Part shown: positions 36,412-49,400 of the stretch, one piece after another | How positions within the stretch are numbered: position 1 is the stretch's first letter | Layout of the letters: each line of letters starts with the position of its first letter | Assembly: GCA_051294905.1 (NCBI GenBank) | Contig: CM119372.1 | Coordinates: forward strand, 17,486,001 to 17,550,000 | Direction of reading: 5' to 3' | Length of the DNA stretch: 64,000 nt | From: Botryllus schlosseri | Lineage: Eukaryota | The notes under the pieces: model-generated | What the model was told of the DNA's origin: nothing | Seen by the model: the letters and a program-made list of their open reading frames with translations, nothing else | The model's database searches: none | Made by a program: the position numbers and the translations under genes

Positions 36412-39400
36412 CAGACCTGGGCAAAGGGTGGCCAGCGGGCTACATGCGGACCGCGGAGCTATTCTGTGCGGGCCACGAGAGGTTGCTTGAAATTCAAAAC
36501 ATAAAACCTGCTTTTGACTGTTGAATTGTTGAAAAACCATTCGCGGTACCAACGAAATTCGTTTAACTTTGAAGCCTGTTCATTAATATAGCACGATTAC
36601 GCTGCCTATACGTACCTCGGATGCGTAATCCAGATTCAAAATAAAGTCAAAGTAGCAAAGTAAGAGTAGAAATTAAAGTCGCTCTTTCCATATAGTATAT
36701 TATAGTTCAAACCTTCTTTGTTGCCTTTGTCACATTACGCATTATACCGTGTGTGTTTCAAGTTGTTACGTGATACGTTTCCGAATCTTTAATTCGTAAA
36801 ACAAATCAATGAGTGCTCGCGATTATACTACATGACTCACCATATCTATCACCCATAAATGCTGAACGGACATGTAAAAAAAAAAGAAAAGCCACAGCTA
36901 AAATTCAAAGAAGGTTTGGAGCACTAAATATTTGTGTACTGGAGTCAGGATTGAACCTATCCTTTTAGTTTGCGCCAAGCATGTCGCCGAGATTAAGGAT
37001 TTTAATTGAAGTCGGTCCTGACAAAAACTCGAAGTCAGACGCTCCGTCAAGGAACGGCGAATTTCATAAAAACTGCAAGCTTCGCTCAACATCAAGGCTA
37101 TTTAAGCTGCACACTGCTCTGAAAGCAGCGACCAAGACAATGAGCTTCGTACTATCCCAAATGCATTTCAGCGCAGTGGTTCTCGAACTGGGTCGTGAAA
37201 ACATCTGAAGGGGGCGCGAAGTCGCAGTTAAATGAATTTTTTTTCGCGCTATGCGCGATTTAACTTGCTCGTAGTTGTTGCTATGTCTGTTATTGTCCGA
37301 CTTTGATATTTCATAATTCTCTCATCAACAGCCATAGCCTTCCATACCACCAAACTATCCGTTAGAATTGCTAGCACTCTGGTTGCTCTTTTCAATATTT
37401 TGTGATATCATCATAGAGGGCGCGAAATCTTTCACTATCACAGTGGCGGCTCGTGACAATATCGGGTGGTGGGGCAAGGGCTGCGAGCGACTTTTATCAA
37501 GATGACGTCACAATGGCGTTTTCCAACGTAAAAAAGTAACTTTATGATGGTCACATGAATTTCCCGACAACAGTGATTTTAACGTAGGTGCCGCGAGAGG
37601 TTTGCCGGTGAGCCGTGACTTGAAGTGTGGTAACAAATGTTTTATTCATTTATTTTTAATCAGGATTATTTTACAAAATGTACGTGAACTAAGAATCGTC
37701 CCTATGCCACGAATCAAGTATCAGGTCATCCTTAGTAGCATGCGTTTTGATTTCATGGTAGAGTTATAGATTACGCAAATCGATAGACCCTAAAATCCGA
37801 CCGTCACCCCAAATTCGAAATCCGGATCCAGTCCGGCCAGGTAAAAAAACATTGAAATCCTGCTCCTGCTCCTGAACCGGACTGTGGCCATCTCTGGTTA
37901 CGACCAGGTGATAATAGGCAACCAAAGCGGAGGCACCCGGCGTACGATCGGATCAATAGACTGGACAACTTCTAGACCTCTCATTTTCGCTCTAAAGGCA
38001 ACTGCGTAAACTACGTACGGAATAAAGATTCAATACGATTCATGTTCGCACTTGACTTGACCTGACTAATTCCAATGACTAGAACTCGAGAGATTGCGTA
38101 AGCCTAACTGGAAAGGTCAACGAGTTCGGACACATACGCAATTGTTATCTCATAGATTGGGCCTGTCATATTGAATCCAGAACATCAATTTGAATGGTCT
38201 TTAAAGAACTAAGGACAGCAGCCTCGGAACTTCGGTCTCGGAACAACGTAGGACATTTTGGCCTGGAAACTGGAGACTGTGACACAACACATACGGCTCA
38301 CTGTCTATAAGTCTGCTGCGAAATCGCCGTTGGAAAATATATTAATATATAAATACATGAATAAAAGCCGTAACTTAGTATACTGTTACAAGAAATCATC
38401 GAGAAGTAGCATACGTAATCTCATAACCCATTCCGGTATGGTACACTGTCAAAATCAATGCAAACAGACGACTTTGAGTAAAATAGATCGAGGAATAGGC
38501 TGATCGAATGATCAGCTGTTAGCCGACATCGAAAATGAAATAGCTATCGCAATTGACAGGGGATTGTAAGCAAATGGTTTGAAGGCCACAATTTCACAGT
38601 GAAATGGACATTGGCGAACATAAAATTATGCGAATACTTGAATGCAAACCGAGAATCTTGGTTAGCTGTTTCATGCGATCATCGAGATATACCATTGGAA
38701 ATATCATCACCGATCTCGTTATGGAACGCAGACTATAGATTAGCACAGACCGACACCGGCTTTTGCGTGAGATCCGCAATGACGTAGGTAGGCTAAGTAT
38801 CAGATCAGCGCGCATCTCTACCATACTCGACCTCGAAAACGAAATAACTGCCTCAATCATTGAGTGTCAACTTTAAGACTTGGCACCGCGTTCGATACTA
38901 AAATCAAGACATACCGTGTAAAAGCTCATGACAGATCTAGGTATGGAACATCGTTAAAATCAATAGAGACCAATAACGGCTTTTGCGTAAATTTGTTGGC
39001 GATAAATGAAGAGTCAGCTCTTACTCGACTTTGGAAACGAAATTACCACCCACATAGTTCAGTGACAAACTTAAAACTTGTTACATCGGTCGATACTAAC
39101 ACTTACCGTGCCAAATGTCATGACCGATCTCGGTATAGAACATCGTCAAAATCAATGGAGACCAATACCGGCTTTTGAGTAAAATCCGTTTGCTGTACTA
39201 TGTACATGATAGATCAGCACACACTGAACTTCGGAAACGGAATTACTACCATTATCTTTAAGTAGCAAGCCTAAAACTTGGAGCAGTGTTAAATACTACC
39301 TTCACGACATATCATACCAAGTTTCAAGAATTATCATGGTGCGAAACACCGTCAAAATCGACCTATACCAGCAAAGGTCGACTCAACGCATATTACGGTA

Positions 39401-40132
39401 ACCGAGTTCAGATATAGATACGATTGTTACATCACACCTTAGGGGCGAGTAGGCATATTTGCCCCGGTTGCTCGGCCATTTTACGAATAGGAGAGAGTAA
39501 ATCACCGTTTCTTTATTGTGCGCGGCTTTGAGAGAATAGATAGTGAAAGCTTGTTATGAGCGATACCGGGGCAAGCCCCGGCTAGGCATTCACAAAGCGA
39601 AAACACAGAAGAGAATTCGATTTTCGCAGAGACTTCGCTATGTATGGGCGTTTGCAAGCGAAAGCACAAGAAGAACGCGGGTTTCGCTGTGATCTCGGTA
39701 TATATTGATTGCTGTGCGTCTATAAATGGTTAAATTGTTATTGAACAGAATTTTAGGTGGGGCAATGCCCCAGTTGCCCTATAGGACGAGCCGCCACTGC
39801 ACTATCATAAAGGGGAGCGGGCCTAAAAGAGTTTGAGAACCACTGTTTTAGTGTCTTAATAGAAGAACGTGGATAGGGGTTTAAAGAGAGTTCACAATGT
39901 ATCATGTTTCACATTGTTCCGAATCATGACGGCAAATAGATATTTTTTAAATTAACCGTCACTTTCCCATTACCTAACATCAACACATTCACCGAGCAGC
40001 ATTTATTAACAATGTAATTTAGAAATAAAATTAAAATACGCTTGATATTACAGCTAAAATTTTTCACTCGGCCCGCCAACATATTTTCTACTTCTCATTT
40101 GGCCCGCGGAGAAAAATAATTGCCCACCCCTA
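36412..40132. mobile_element. Nested hAT stack: 36412-40132 contains 37174-39845, which contains 37441-39799
   Basis: TIR pairs cagacctgggcaa/ttgcccacccc, cagtggttctcgaac/gtttgagaaccactg and cagtggcggctcgt/acgagccgccactg. TSDs gtctaaaa/acctaaaa, tttcagcg/ttttagtg and cactatca (perfect). Confidence 0.85.
38340..39370. repeat. Degenerate tandem array of about 200-bp units (about 5 copies)
   Basis: The motif gatctcggtatggaacatcgtcaaaatc recurs near 38430, 38712, 38934, 39126 and 39331. Confidence 0.7.
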
Positions 40133-40735
40133 ACCTAAAACCTCCCCTTGAATACGCTGCTCGTGCATAAGGTGTGGTGTAAGATGTGGTGTGGTGTCGT
40201 CGAAAATTTAAGCACAAAATTAATGATGATGTATCTTCCGGTTTTTATTAATCACTTTGTTGCATGTTGTTATTTCTTGACCTCTCATCAGGAAAAATCT
40301 CCGTTCGTGAGACACGCAAACGATTCCAACTTAGTATATTTTATTATGAGGCGCATCATTTTCCTCTGCGGTTTGCATTTGTACGGTGGAGCTCAGATTG
40401 CAAGAGCCTTATTATATTAAAAACGAAAAATCCAAGTCAGCCTGAATCGCGCCAAGCGCGAAGAATGTTGAATTGAAATCTCCCAAATATTTGGGAACAT
40501 GATTCGGAAATTCAAATTGCATATTGACGGCCGCGAACATACGCTAAATTTAATGTGTAGACGGCCGCATAATCATGGTCTTACTATTGCATGCGGCCGT
40601 ACGTCGCGGGTCGAGCACCCCTGGCCTAATCAAAATAAGGACGAGCATTTGCTAATCAGGGCTCGAGGTTATCGTAACACCATCTAATACAGTGGTTCAC
40701 ACACTTGACCCTCGAGACCTCCTGACTACGCCCGT

Positions 40736-41528
40736 GCAAGTCAATTTCAAGTCATCTGGTAAACAGTGTCGATTAAATCGCTGCATCTTTTTGATGTTCG
40801 GATTGTTCGCGATACGCCGGTGTGACTTGTGAGAGCAATCAGTCATTCAGTGATTGTACTTTTCACTGATCCTCCATTGTTACATCACAAATAAATTGAC
40901 CGAAAACGAAATGAGCACAGCTTACATTTATGTAGGTAGGCCTACTAGCAGTAGAATAATCTAATAGCAACGTATCTCAGTGTTTTAGGCGGCTCAGTGC
41001 TTCCATCGCGAAGTGCCCACCTTAGCCAACCATCTTGTATGATTTGAATCGAACGAATATAGTTTATGCCTTTATAATCTCACGGATGTGTAGATAGGTA
41101 GTGTATATTGTACCATATCAATTTGTTTCAACTTCTCGGCGCTTCGTATTTGATGCTCTATTTTGGCTCACGTATTTCATTAGCAGCTCTAAGCGTGCGT
41201 GAGCGACACAACGCCTTTTTGCACGTATATTTAAGTTAATACTCGTTACTTGATTCAAGAGATATCACCAATCAATCTGTCATTCACACAGCTAGCAAAA
41301 TGTAATGACCTTGAATCATCCCTAATACTTCGAAAATTCAATTTGACTTGAATTATGACTTGACTCGTGACTTGACTTGACTTGACTCGAGTCACTTCCA
41401 AAAAAAAAGTGACTTGACTTGACTCGAGTCACCTTCGAAAATCGATTGACTTGACTTGACTCGAGTTAAACTGTGCAATGACTCGAGATGACTCGTGACT
41501 CGAAGGTAGTGTCTTGATCCCAACACTG
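40736..41528. mobile_element. Left-truncated copy of the GACTT/GACTC-repeat MITE (see 56197-57145)
   Basis: Ends in gatcccaacactg; colinear with about 56350-57145. Confidence 0.85.
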
Positions 41529-41589
41529 CCCTTTGGGCCCCTCTTGGCTACGCAAATCGGTATCAGTATAAGTTTATCAATATTTTCAT

Positions 41590-42560
41590 AATTTCAAAAC
41601 AGCACAAAACTGCGATACAATAAAGATATAGGAAGATGTCGAAACGACTTTAGGTAGTCTATGAGATCAGACACCCACCTTTGCCTAGGCGAAGTAGAGA
41701 AGCGAGGCATGCACAGTGCACACTAAATGAAGCAGATGATACAAAAGGCAAAAGCGACAAAATGAGGAGGCATGTGGCGGAGGCGAGATCGATCTGTTAG
41801 GTCGTGGCTGGTAATCCTGAAGGCTGACTAGTATTCATTTAGAAGAAATTGCTTGTATTTCAACTTGAATGCGGACATGCTCGACGACTGTCTAATAGCC
41901 GGCGAGATGCTGTTCCACAATTGGGGTCCGGACTTGATAGAGCAATGCGTTTTCTTGTATTCCGTCCTGATCATATGACAGTTGTTCTTCGTTGACGCGC
42001 GTGTGCCGCTTTTGACTCCGACGTGAAGTAGTCGTTGAAATTTGAGGGATAGCTAATCCTAGGGTTACCATATTTTGGAAATCTGAAAAGAGGGACACTT
42101 TTTCAGAATTTTCAGACATGCAAAACCGGAGGAAAATCCTGAAAAATGGTAAATTTTGCCACTTCGTGGTCGGTTGACTAAAAGAAAAGGTCAACTTTCT
42201 CGCTCAGTGCCAAAATACAGTTTTTCTTTCACGTTATCAAGTGGTTGACTAAAAAAAGGTCAAGGGCTCAGCTCCCGAAATACCCACCGGAGCGTACTTC
42301 CGTGCTGATTTACGGCATTTAGGTCGAATTCGGCCGTAAATTTGACCGAAATTTTCAAAAAAGAGGACGAAGGGCGTCCACCAAGGACGCTTTCAAAAAA
42401 GTCGAAAAAGAGGCCGAATCATCTTAAAAGAGGACTTATGGTAAACCTAGCTAATACGCGCTGGAACTGATACATATACTTGGCAATTTCTAGCTGCGTG
42501 ATATATTCTATGTTTAGAACACCAAATCTTTTGAGTAGCGATTTATCAGTTGCACATCCA
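41590..42560 (-). mobile_element. LINE (CR1/L2 group) 3' fragment interrupted by a TAGGGTTACCATA MITE (42060-42449)
   Basis: Colinear with 61770-63230; MITE TSD gctaatcc/gctaatac. Confidence 0.8.
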
Positions 42561-42659
42561 GGCTAAACAAAATCCATCCTATGAATTCGGTCGCTGCACG
42601 CGATTTCGATAAGAATGGCCCGTAATCAAATTCAGTGACTAAGCTTCGCCGTTACGAAA

Positions 42660-42850
42660 TGAATAAACGATAAATCATCACGTACACATGCTGGCTGTAT
42701 CAGCCTGACATAACAAAAAAGGGAATCTCTCGTAATCTCGCGTGTGACCTATTCTTGTGAATCACGTGAGAGGCCGACGCGCATGTTTTCTCACATTTCT
42801 CTCGTCTGCACGGTCCGCTTACCCACTGAAGGCGTCGTCGTCGACTGACA
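42660..42850 (+). promoter_or_regulatory. Putative Mnt promoter with E-boxes
   Basis: CpG-rich non-repeat segment about 0.7 kb upstream of the ATG, with CACATG (42685), CGCGTG (42739) and CACGTG (42763). Confidence 0.45.
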
Positions 42851-43455
42851 GAGTTAGTTATGGTGTTTTTTTGTCATGAAAGGCTTCGGCAGGATTGCTT
42901 TTACTCTTCAAGCGAGTGCAGTGAGCAACAGTAAAGTTGGATTAGCCACAGAAAAATGACGCATTATTAGATTTACCTACTGTTTTTTTTACGTTCGGAC
43001 TAAGGAGACCAGTGTCATTGACATGATAATGTCAAAATGCTGGTGAGTGACGGATTGAATTGACACATGAGCTTGAGCATCTGTTCACGACGACTCCGTG
43101 GTTTATTCCAAAATTAGGTTTTCCGAACAGTGCTTGAAGTCTTTTTTTCTGAGTTTTAGGAGGACTAAGAATCTTGATACCAAAATACACCAAAGTAGTA
43201 TTACTCAATCATGTTTTTAAATCTTGATGATTTTTTATCGGTTTGTTGTGGCAGTGTGCTTTTGATGTTGATGGGAGTTATTGAATTTTTAAGGCACGAA
43301 TCCTATCATGAGTAGCAGAGAGGGGAGCTGTCAAATATACCATCAGGTGAAGAGCTGAACTCGACCTAATAATCATGCTGGAAAATGTAGACTATGAATT
43401 TGCAATGATATGACTTTCCTCATTTTGCCAGTGCTCCTAGCTGAATGTCTTTAAA

Positions 43456-46400
43456 ATGAGCTTAAAAGCACTAATAGATGCAGCACAGTATGTTGATAAA
43501 GATGAAATGACATCTGAGGAGTCCAACCCTCCATCAGAGTCGAGTGAATCGCCTTCGTCGGCTACAAGTCAAAGAAAACTGTCTGGAGATGCAACAATAA
43601 CGCATTGGAGGAAGCGAGCTGTGGCTCAATCTGTCTTGGGTAAAAATATTTGAATTTATTTAATATTCTTAAATCGGAATATTCGTTCTTGACATTTATA
43701 TGTCATCTTCTTTTCAGTGATAATATTTTTCTATTTGTTGATAAGGCACATCGACATGTTATATTTCGTATGAGTTATCACCAGTTTACCACCTAGTCCT
43801 ATAAATTGATGACATATTTCTGAAATGATGTGATGCAATATAGTTACTAAGCTAGAAATTACGGAGTTTTGAAACTCTGATTGTTCTCAACAATAACGAT
43901 TTCAACTTTTTTGCGCCAAGTAAGAAGAAGTTGTCAGCCTACTAAATGCAGTGGTTAGGGCTTAAACCACCATGCCTTTCCATTGCTGGATGATGTAATG
44001 ATTGAGCTTTTGCATCGCAATGTAATGTTACTCGCCTCAACTATAAGTTTATGTTTCTCTACAGCCGCAGTGATGAAAGTCAAGGCCTACTGTAGATGGT
44101 TGCCAGTAAACTTGGCACAACTAATATTAATACGTGCAATACTGACAAATCACTTGATAATAATATAGTTAGTTAGTTTATTAATTCATAATAATAGTTG
44201 TTAATACATTTTAATACAAAATTCTCCAAGGGTCGAATTTACCAAGTGCCGAGTTAACTGGTAATCCTGTAGATATTAGATTAGCTCAACCAGGACCAGT
44301 GTCACTTGCTCGTTGTGAATATGGTTTGATTAGCAGAAGTGGTCGAAGTAGTCAAGAAAGCTACTCTAGTGGAAGTGAAAGTAGTGCCACAAAAATCCAC
44401 TCAAGAATGAGTATTGAGTAGGCCTATAAGTACTACTTTTAAAGCAACCTAAAACTACTTCAAGTATCTGCAGAACTAATTAGTTGAGATAGATAGGTAG
44501 AAATAAAGTCAATACTGACACTACACTTTGTTTTGAACTTCAGTAGGAATGTTCTGATAAAAGAACTGAAATTAATTAGAAGAAATCAAAGTAATGGTAC
44601 TGTGAAAGAGAAATACAAATACTATTTCTAAAACACGGAAAATATATTTTGTGTCTATTGTCCAGAAAGCTTCAACAGTAGTCTGCTAAAACAGTTCTAA
44701 CACTAAAAAAGGCAAAGATCACTTTTCCACACTAGGTCACCTCCTGTGCTGCTAGATTGCAGAACGGTAGTTCCAAACGTTTTGATTAGCCATAGGCCTT
44801 TTTTCTGTGATTAAACATGTGTCATATGAACGAGAAAGTGGTGTGAACAGAACCATGCAGCCCGTTACCTTAATTATATTCACCGATACATGCGTGAAAA
44901 CGTATGTCGGTCTATATCTACTTTTGCACGAAGAGCATCGAAAATTCTGTGCTTTACTGGACTTTTGTGAAACTTAAATCCTCAGTGAAAACAGCGCCGA
45001 AATTCCTCAGTCTTTTTCTCTCTAATTGGAGGAATATAATACTTCTACTTGACAAACTGAAAATAGCGAAAAGTAAGGAAGTAAATCATAGAATATTAGA
45101 AAGTAGAAGTAGCGTAACATTAAATTTACTCAAATGGGTACTGCAATAGGCGGAAAGCTACTTGTGTACTTCAAAAAAGTAGAAGTAGCCTACTTCATTA
45201 TTGACCACCTCTATTGATTAGTGCAATTTCATTATTCAGTGTTTTGCTTGCGTACAATGATAAGCATAATTTATGGGACTTCCACAGTTCCATGATCACA
45301 GTGAAGTGAATTTTCTGAGAAACTGATTCTGCATTGTACCGTATCAGGGTCACTCGCCAGGCCACTAAGACTATATACATCTGTTATGATTAAGATATAA
45401 TAATATAATGTTATAAGGTAACGGAAATATGAGAATAATATAAGATATAAGGAAAATTCATGCAAAGATTGTGTCCTCCATCAGGCGCATAACCAGCCAA
45501 GATACAAGGCGGGAGAGGTGAAACAAAAGCGGAAGAGTAGGACATTTTGAAAACGGAGAATGTTCTAAATTTTAAAGGATCAATCGGGTTAAATCTATCT
45601 ACAAATGCCAATGTAACAAGGATCAGATAATCTTGCTCATGTTAACGTCTCTAAACGCATAGATGCCAGTTACGTAATACTAAAATATAGATTTGGAGAC
45701 ATTTTATTCAATTCAGGTCCAATATGTGAATAATGACTTAGGCCTACTCATATCCCTTATTCGCTTTAGGGAATCAAACAAATTTCAGTGCGCTATTGAT
45801 GACTGAATGTTAGGACATAATATTGTATGAAGAATGATATAAGTATTTAGGTCGTTAAGACAATGTACAACAAATGCATGAATATGAACAATACACGAAT
45901 GCATTCAGAATAAGTGATAAGCAGATTGCTCTCCCGAGAAAGCAATAATGGATTTTAAGAGGCTGAAGTCAAGCTTGGAAAGGGGGTGAAGGGTTCGCCG
46001 ATTCTGCCCCTGTCCACACCACTATCCCCCATTCTAAGTGACGGAAATTATTATGACTCAAGTTTTTTCTTTGCAGTTAGACCTAGTTATGGCTTCAAAC
46101 CCTAAAATGAGACTTTACGGACAATCGTACTTTGACTTTGGATAGAAATTCTTGGCAAGGGGTACACCATCCATATATGCATGTACTGTACATCGTAAAG
46201 GGTTCACAGCTAAAAAAAATACTTGAGCACCCCTAGAATATACCTATGTTCTATACGTCTTAATAATCATGACTTTGTCGACTAAAGAACAGCTTGTGGA
46301 TAGATTTGCATGTTTTGAGTGAGATGGTCAATTGGTCACATTTGCCATTCGTTCATTCATCGATCCAAAATACCACAAAATTAGGAAGTAGTCTATCAAT

Positions 46401-49400
46401 CAAGCACCCATCCACCTACCTTTCCCAATTGGCATATCTTACCTGACATATATGAGTTGAGTGGAATGTTCAATTCAATGGTTCTGTTGAATGATTACTG
46501 AAATTTTCTACGTAAGCACTCATTAATGCTATGGTGTATGGCATAGCAAGAGAAATGTTAGGTGTGTAGACCTTTTTTACGTGTATTCTGTGCAGGCAGA
46601 GATGTCTGATTGTCTTCAAGACATCATGGAACCTGTCAGAAATTGGCAGAATTCAATGAAACAATGATATTGTAAGTTTTACTCTGGATCGCATCGCGCC
46701 CTGAGGCAAGAGTTGAAACAGACAGAATATCATTGAATCGGGCTGCTGCGACAAATATCTTATAAATTCTAAATCTGTTACATATAACAGCAGATAGTAT
46801 AATTACATTAGTGGAGCATTTAAATTCCAGGGTTTATTGCGTATATTGTATATGGACTTATTGTGCCATCATGTCAGTACATATATAATCCTAATTACCA
46901 AATAGCCACCAGCCTCTGACCAAATTCGGTTAGTCCGAAGGTACTGCATCTGAAAATATGAGACGAAGTTTTGTTTTATCCCCCTTCACCTACAGCCCAA
47001 GGCATTGAAGTACAGGACTTACTTGTGCGTGCATCCAATACCGTTGTTGCGGTCATTTTTATCATCGAGTATATTGCGTATGCCGGTAAAGTAATATTAT
47101 CAAAGATTGCTGGCATATTCAGTTTCATGAGTTACATAATGTCAGTTTCTGAATGCTATCATCTCAGGCGGCTTGATTGCCTAACCTTTCTCTCCTATTT
47201 CAGAGTTGAATAACAAGACACCAGATCAGGCGTCTAGCAATGGGAGCTTCAAGGTATCTGTTTTTCAGTTCTCTCATATCGCAGCTGGGGACAGTTCTCT
47301 CTCTTAATGCTCTGGCCTCTTACTAAATAATATGCTTTGCCAATATATCAAAAAATATAAAATCAGGTGGAATTGAGTTTGTCATGTGATATAACATTGT
47401 TCAAAAGTTTATTGTCGATTAGCTATCAAATAATATATGTTTTTCTTCCCAGGATAATATATGTATTTATTACAATATAAGTGATATTTCTGTTCTAGGG
47501 ATCTGGTGGCAGCACAAGCTCAATTTCAGATGATATTGACCCAAGCGAATGGCCAAGAACATCTCATCCAGAGAATAACGCTGAAGAATCAGATGCCGGT
47601 TTGGAATTATTCTACATTTTCATTTAGTCCGAAATTTATTAGTTTCCCATACATTCTTTGTTTAATGTTTGGACTTTTCTATTACTTAGTCTTGCTACAG
47701 ATGATATCCCACAAGCAACTGATCAATACTAGAATCCTCGATCACTCCATTCATTACAGGCACAACCAGTGATGGAGGTCGAACTGTTTTGTCGTGCCTA
47801 TTGGTGAGGGACCAAACTCGTGACCAACCTTGTCACTACAACCCTCTCACGATAAACAGCGAAGATGCCGTTACCATGTCAGCCCATCACCATTCGTCGC
47901 TGTCTCCCGTGTCTAGTGCAACTGCGTCTTCGCCTACTGGATCAGTGTCAAACACGGGTGCTGTGCTGCCAGACTCTCCTAAACTGCCACATGGCCATAC
48001 GTCTTTGGTGCCACTCCGCAAAGATAGGCCTGCCATTAACGGTACGTGTGACTTGTAGTTGTGCGATGATGATTTTGTGATGCCAATGTTCGAGCCCTAT
48101 AGCCAGGGTTGCCTTACCGTCCTTATTTCTAAGATTTGTCCTAATTTGAAAGGCGATGTCTTGTAAAATTACGATTTCATAACAAGATTTGTCCGTGTTA
48201 ACTTGTATCCTTAGTTTGTCTTGTTTTAAGCAATGAGGCCGTGATTGAGATCGGGTGAAAGTGACGACCTTTTCAAATTTAGAAATTTCAGACTTGTACT
48301 ACTCAGAATTTTTGGCTGTCTTTAGCTTTTGATCCATATCGATGATAATCCTGCCTGTAGCAAATTTTTTGGTTTTGACAGTTACAGGAGGTTTATATTT
48401 ATTTTCAGGGGATTTACCGTGGGAAGGAATCTTTGGACTATCCTCTCTCGACTCGCCCAACAAGCGACACGGGTATTGCGATATATTCCTGTTTTCCAAA
48501 GTTGCAGTAAAACCTATATATCCCGTATTGCGAGTATTAGGCTTCGACTGTTCCAGTTCTGCTCCTTATGACGCCATACCAGTATGGATGATGTGGAAAT
48601 TTCAGATATGCAAGATTGCAAAGAAAATAGTGCTAGTGACACTCAGGGATATCTAGATACGGTAGTAGTTCTATATATCCCTGGTTACACTTGAAATAAT
48701 TGTTAACCATAACTATGTGATGATGCTCTGCTTCCAAAAATGCCGGGTTTTCACGAACATGTATAACGTCATGCTGCATGTTTCAAATGATATCATGAAG
48801 CCAATGATAGTATCAAGGCGGAGGTGCATAATAGGTGCTGGAAACATTGATTCCTACTACTCGAATCGAATCATTGTGCTCATCCCTAATTGCCCTACGG
48901 CTACCTACAATTCTATTGAAATTATTTGTTGTTTTGCTTCCATCTTTTGCGCGAGAAGTTCAAGAGGATTGAAATATGGTGTAATGTAGATATAGCTTCC
49001 AGTTCTGCTTTTCAACTTCTTGGCGAAGGCGATACAAACAAGAATATATAACGATAACAAATGCTGTGCTCTCTTTAAACAGAAGAATGTTAAAACAAGA
49101 CGGTAAATGTTGTGAACAGCATTCATCGTTTAAAATATTTGTATTGATCTGTGCTTGCGACCTGGTACTTACTGTCACAAACCAAAGTAATTTATGGTCA
49201 AAGTGTCGCCTTGCAAGATCAGGTGATGTTTCGACTAGCACTAATATTTCTTGAAACCTCGCACATGAGACGACTGTTGCAATGCTGTTTTTTCATCACC
49301 AGAACGAATGCCCGCGAAACTCACAACCAATTGGAAAAAAGCAGGTATTGACACCTCCTGAATATATCCATTGTCGGAAGTTGTCTATCCCGGTTGAATT

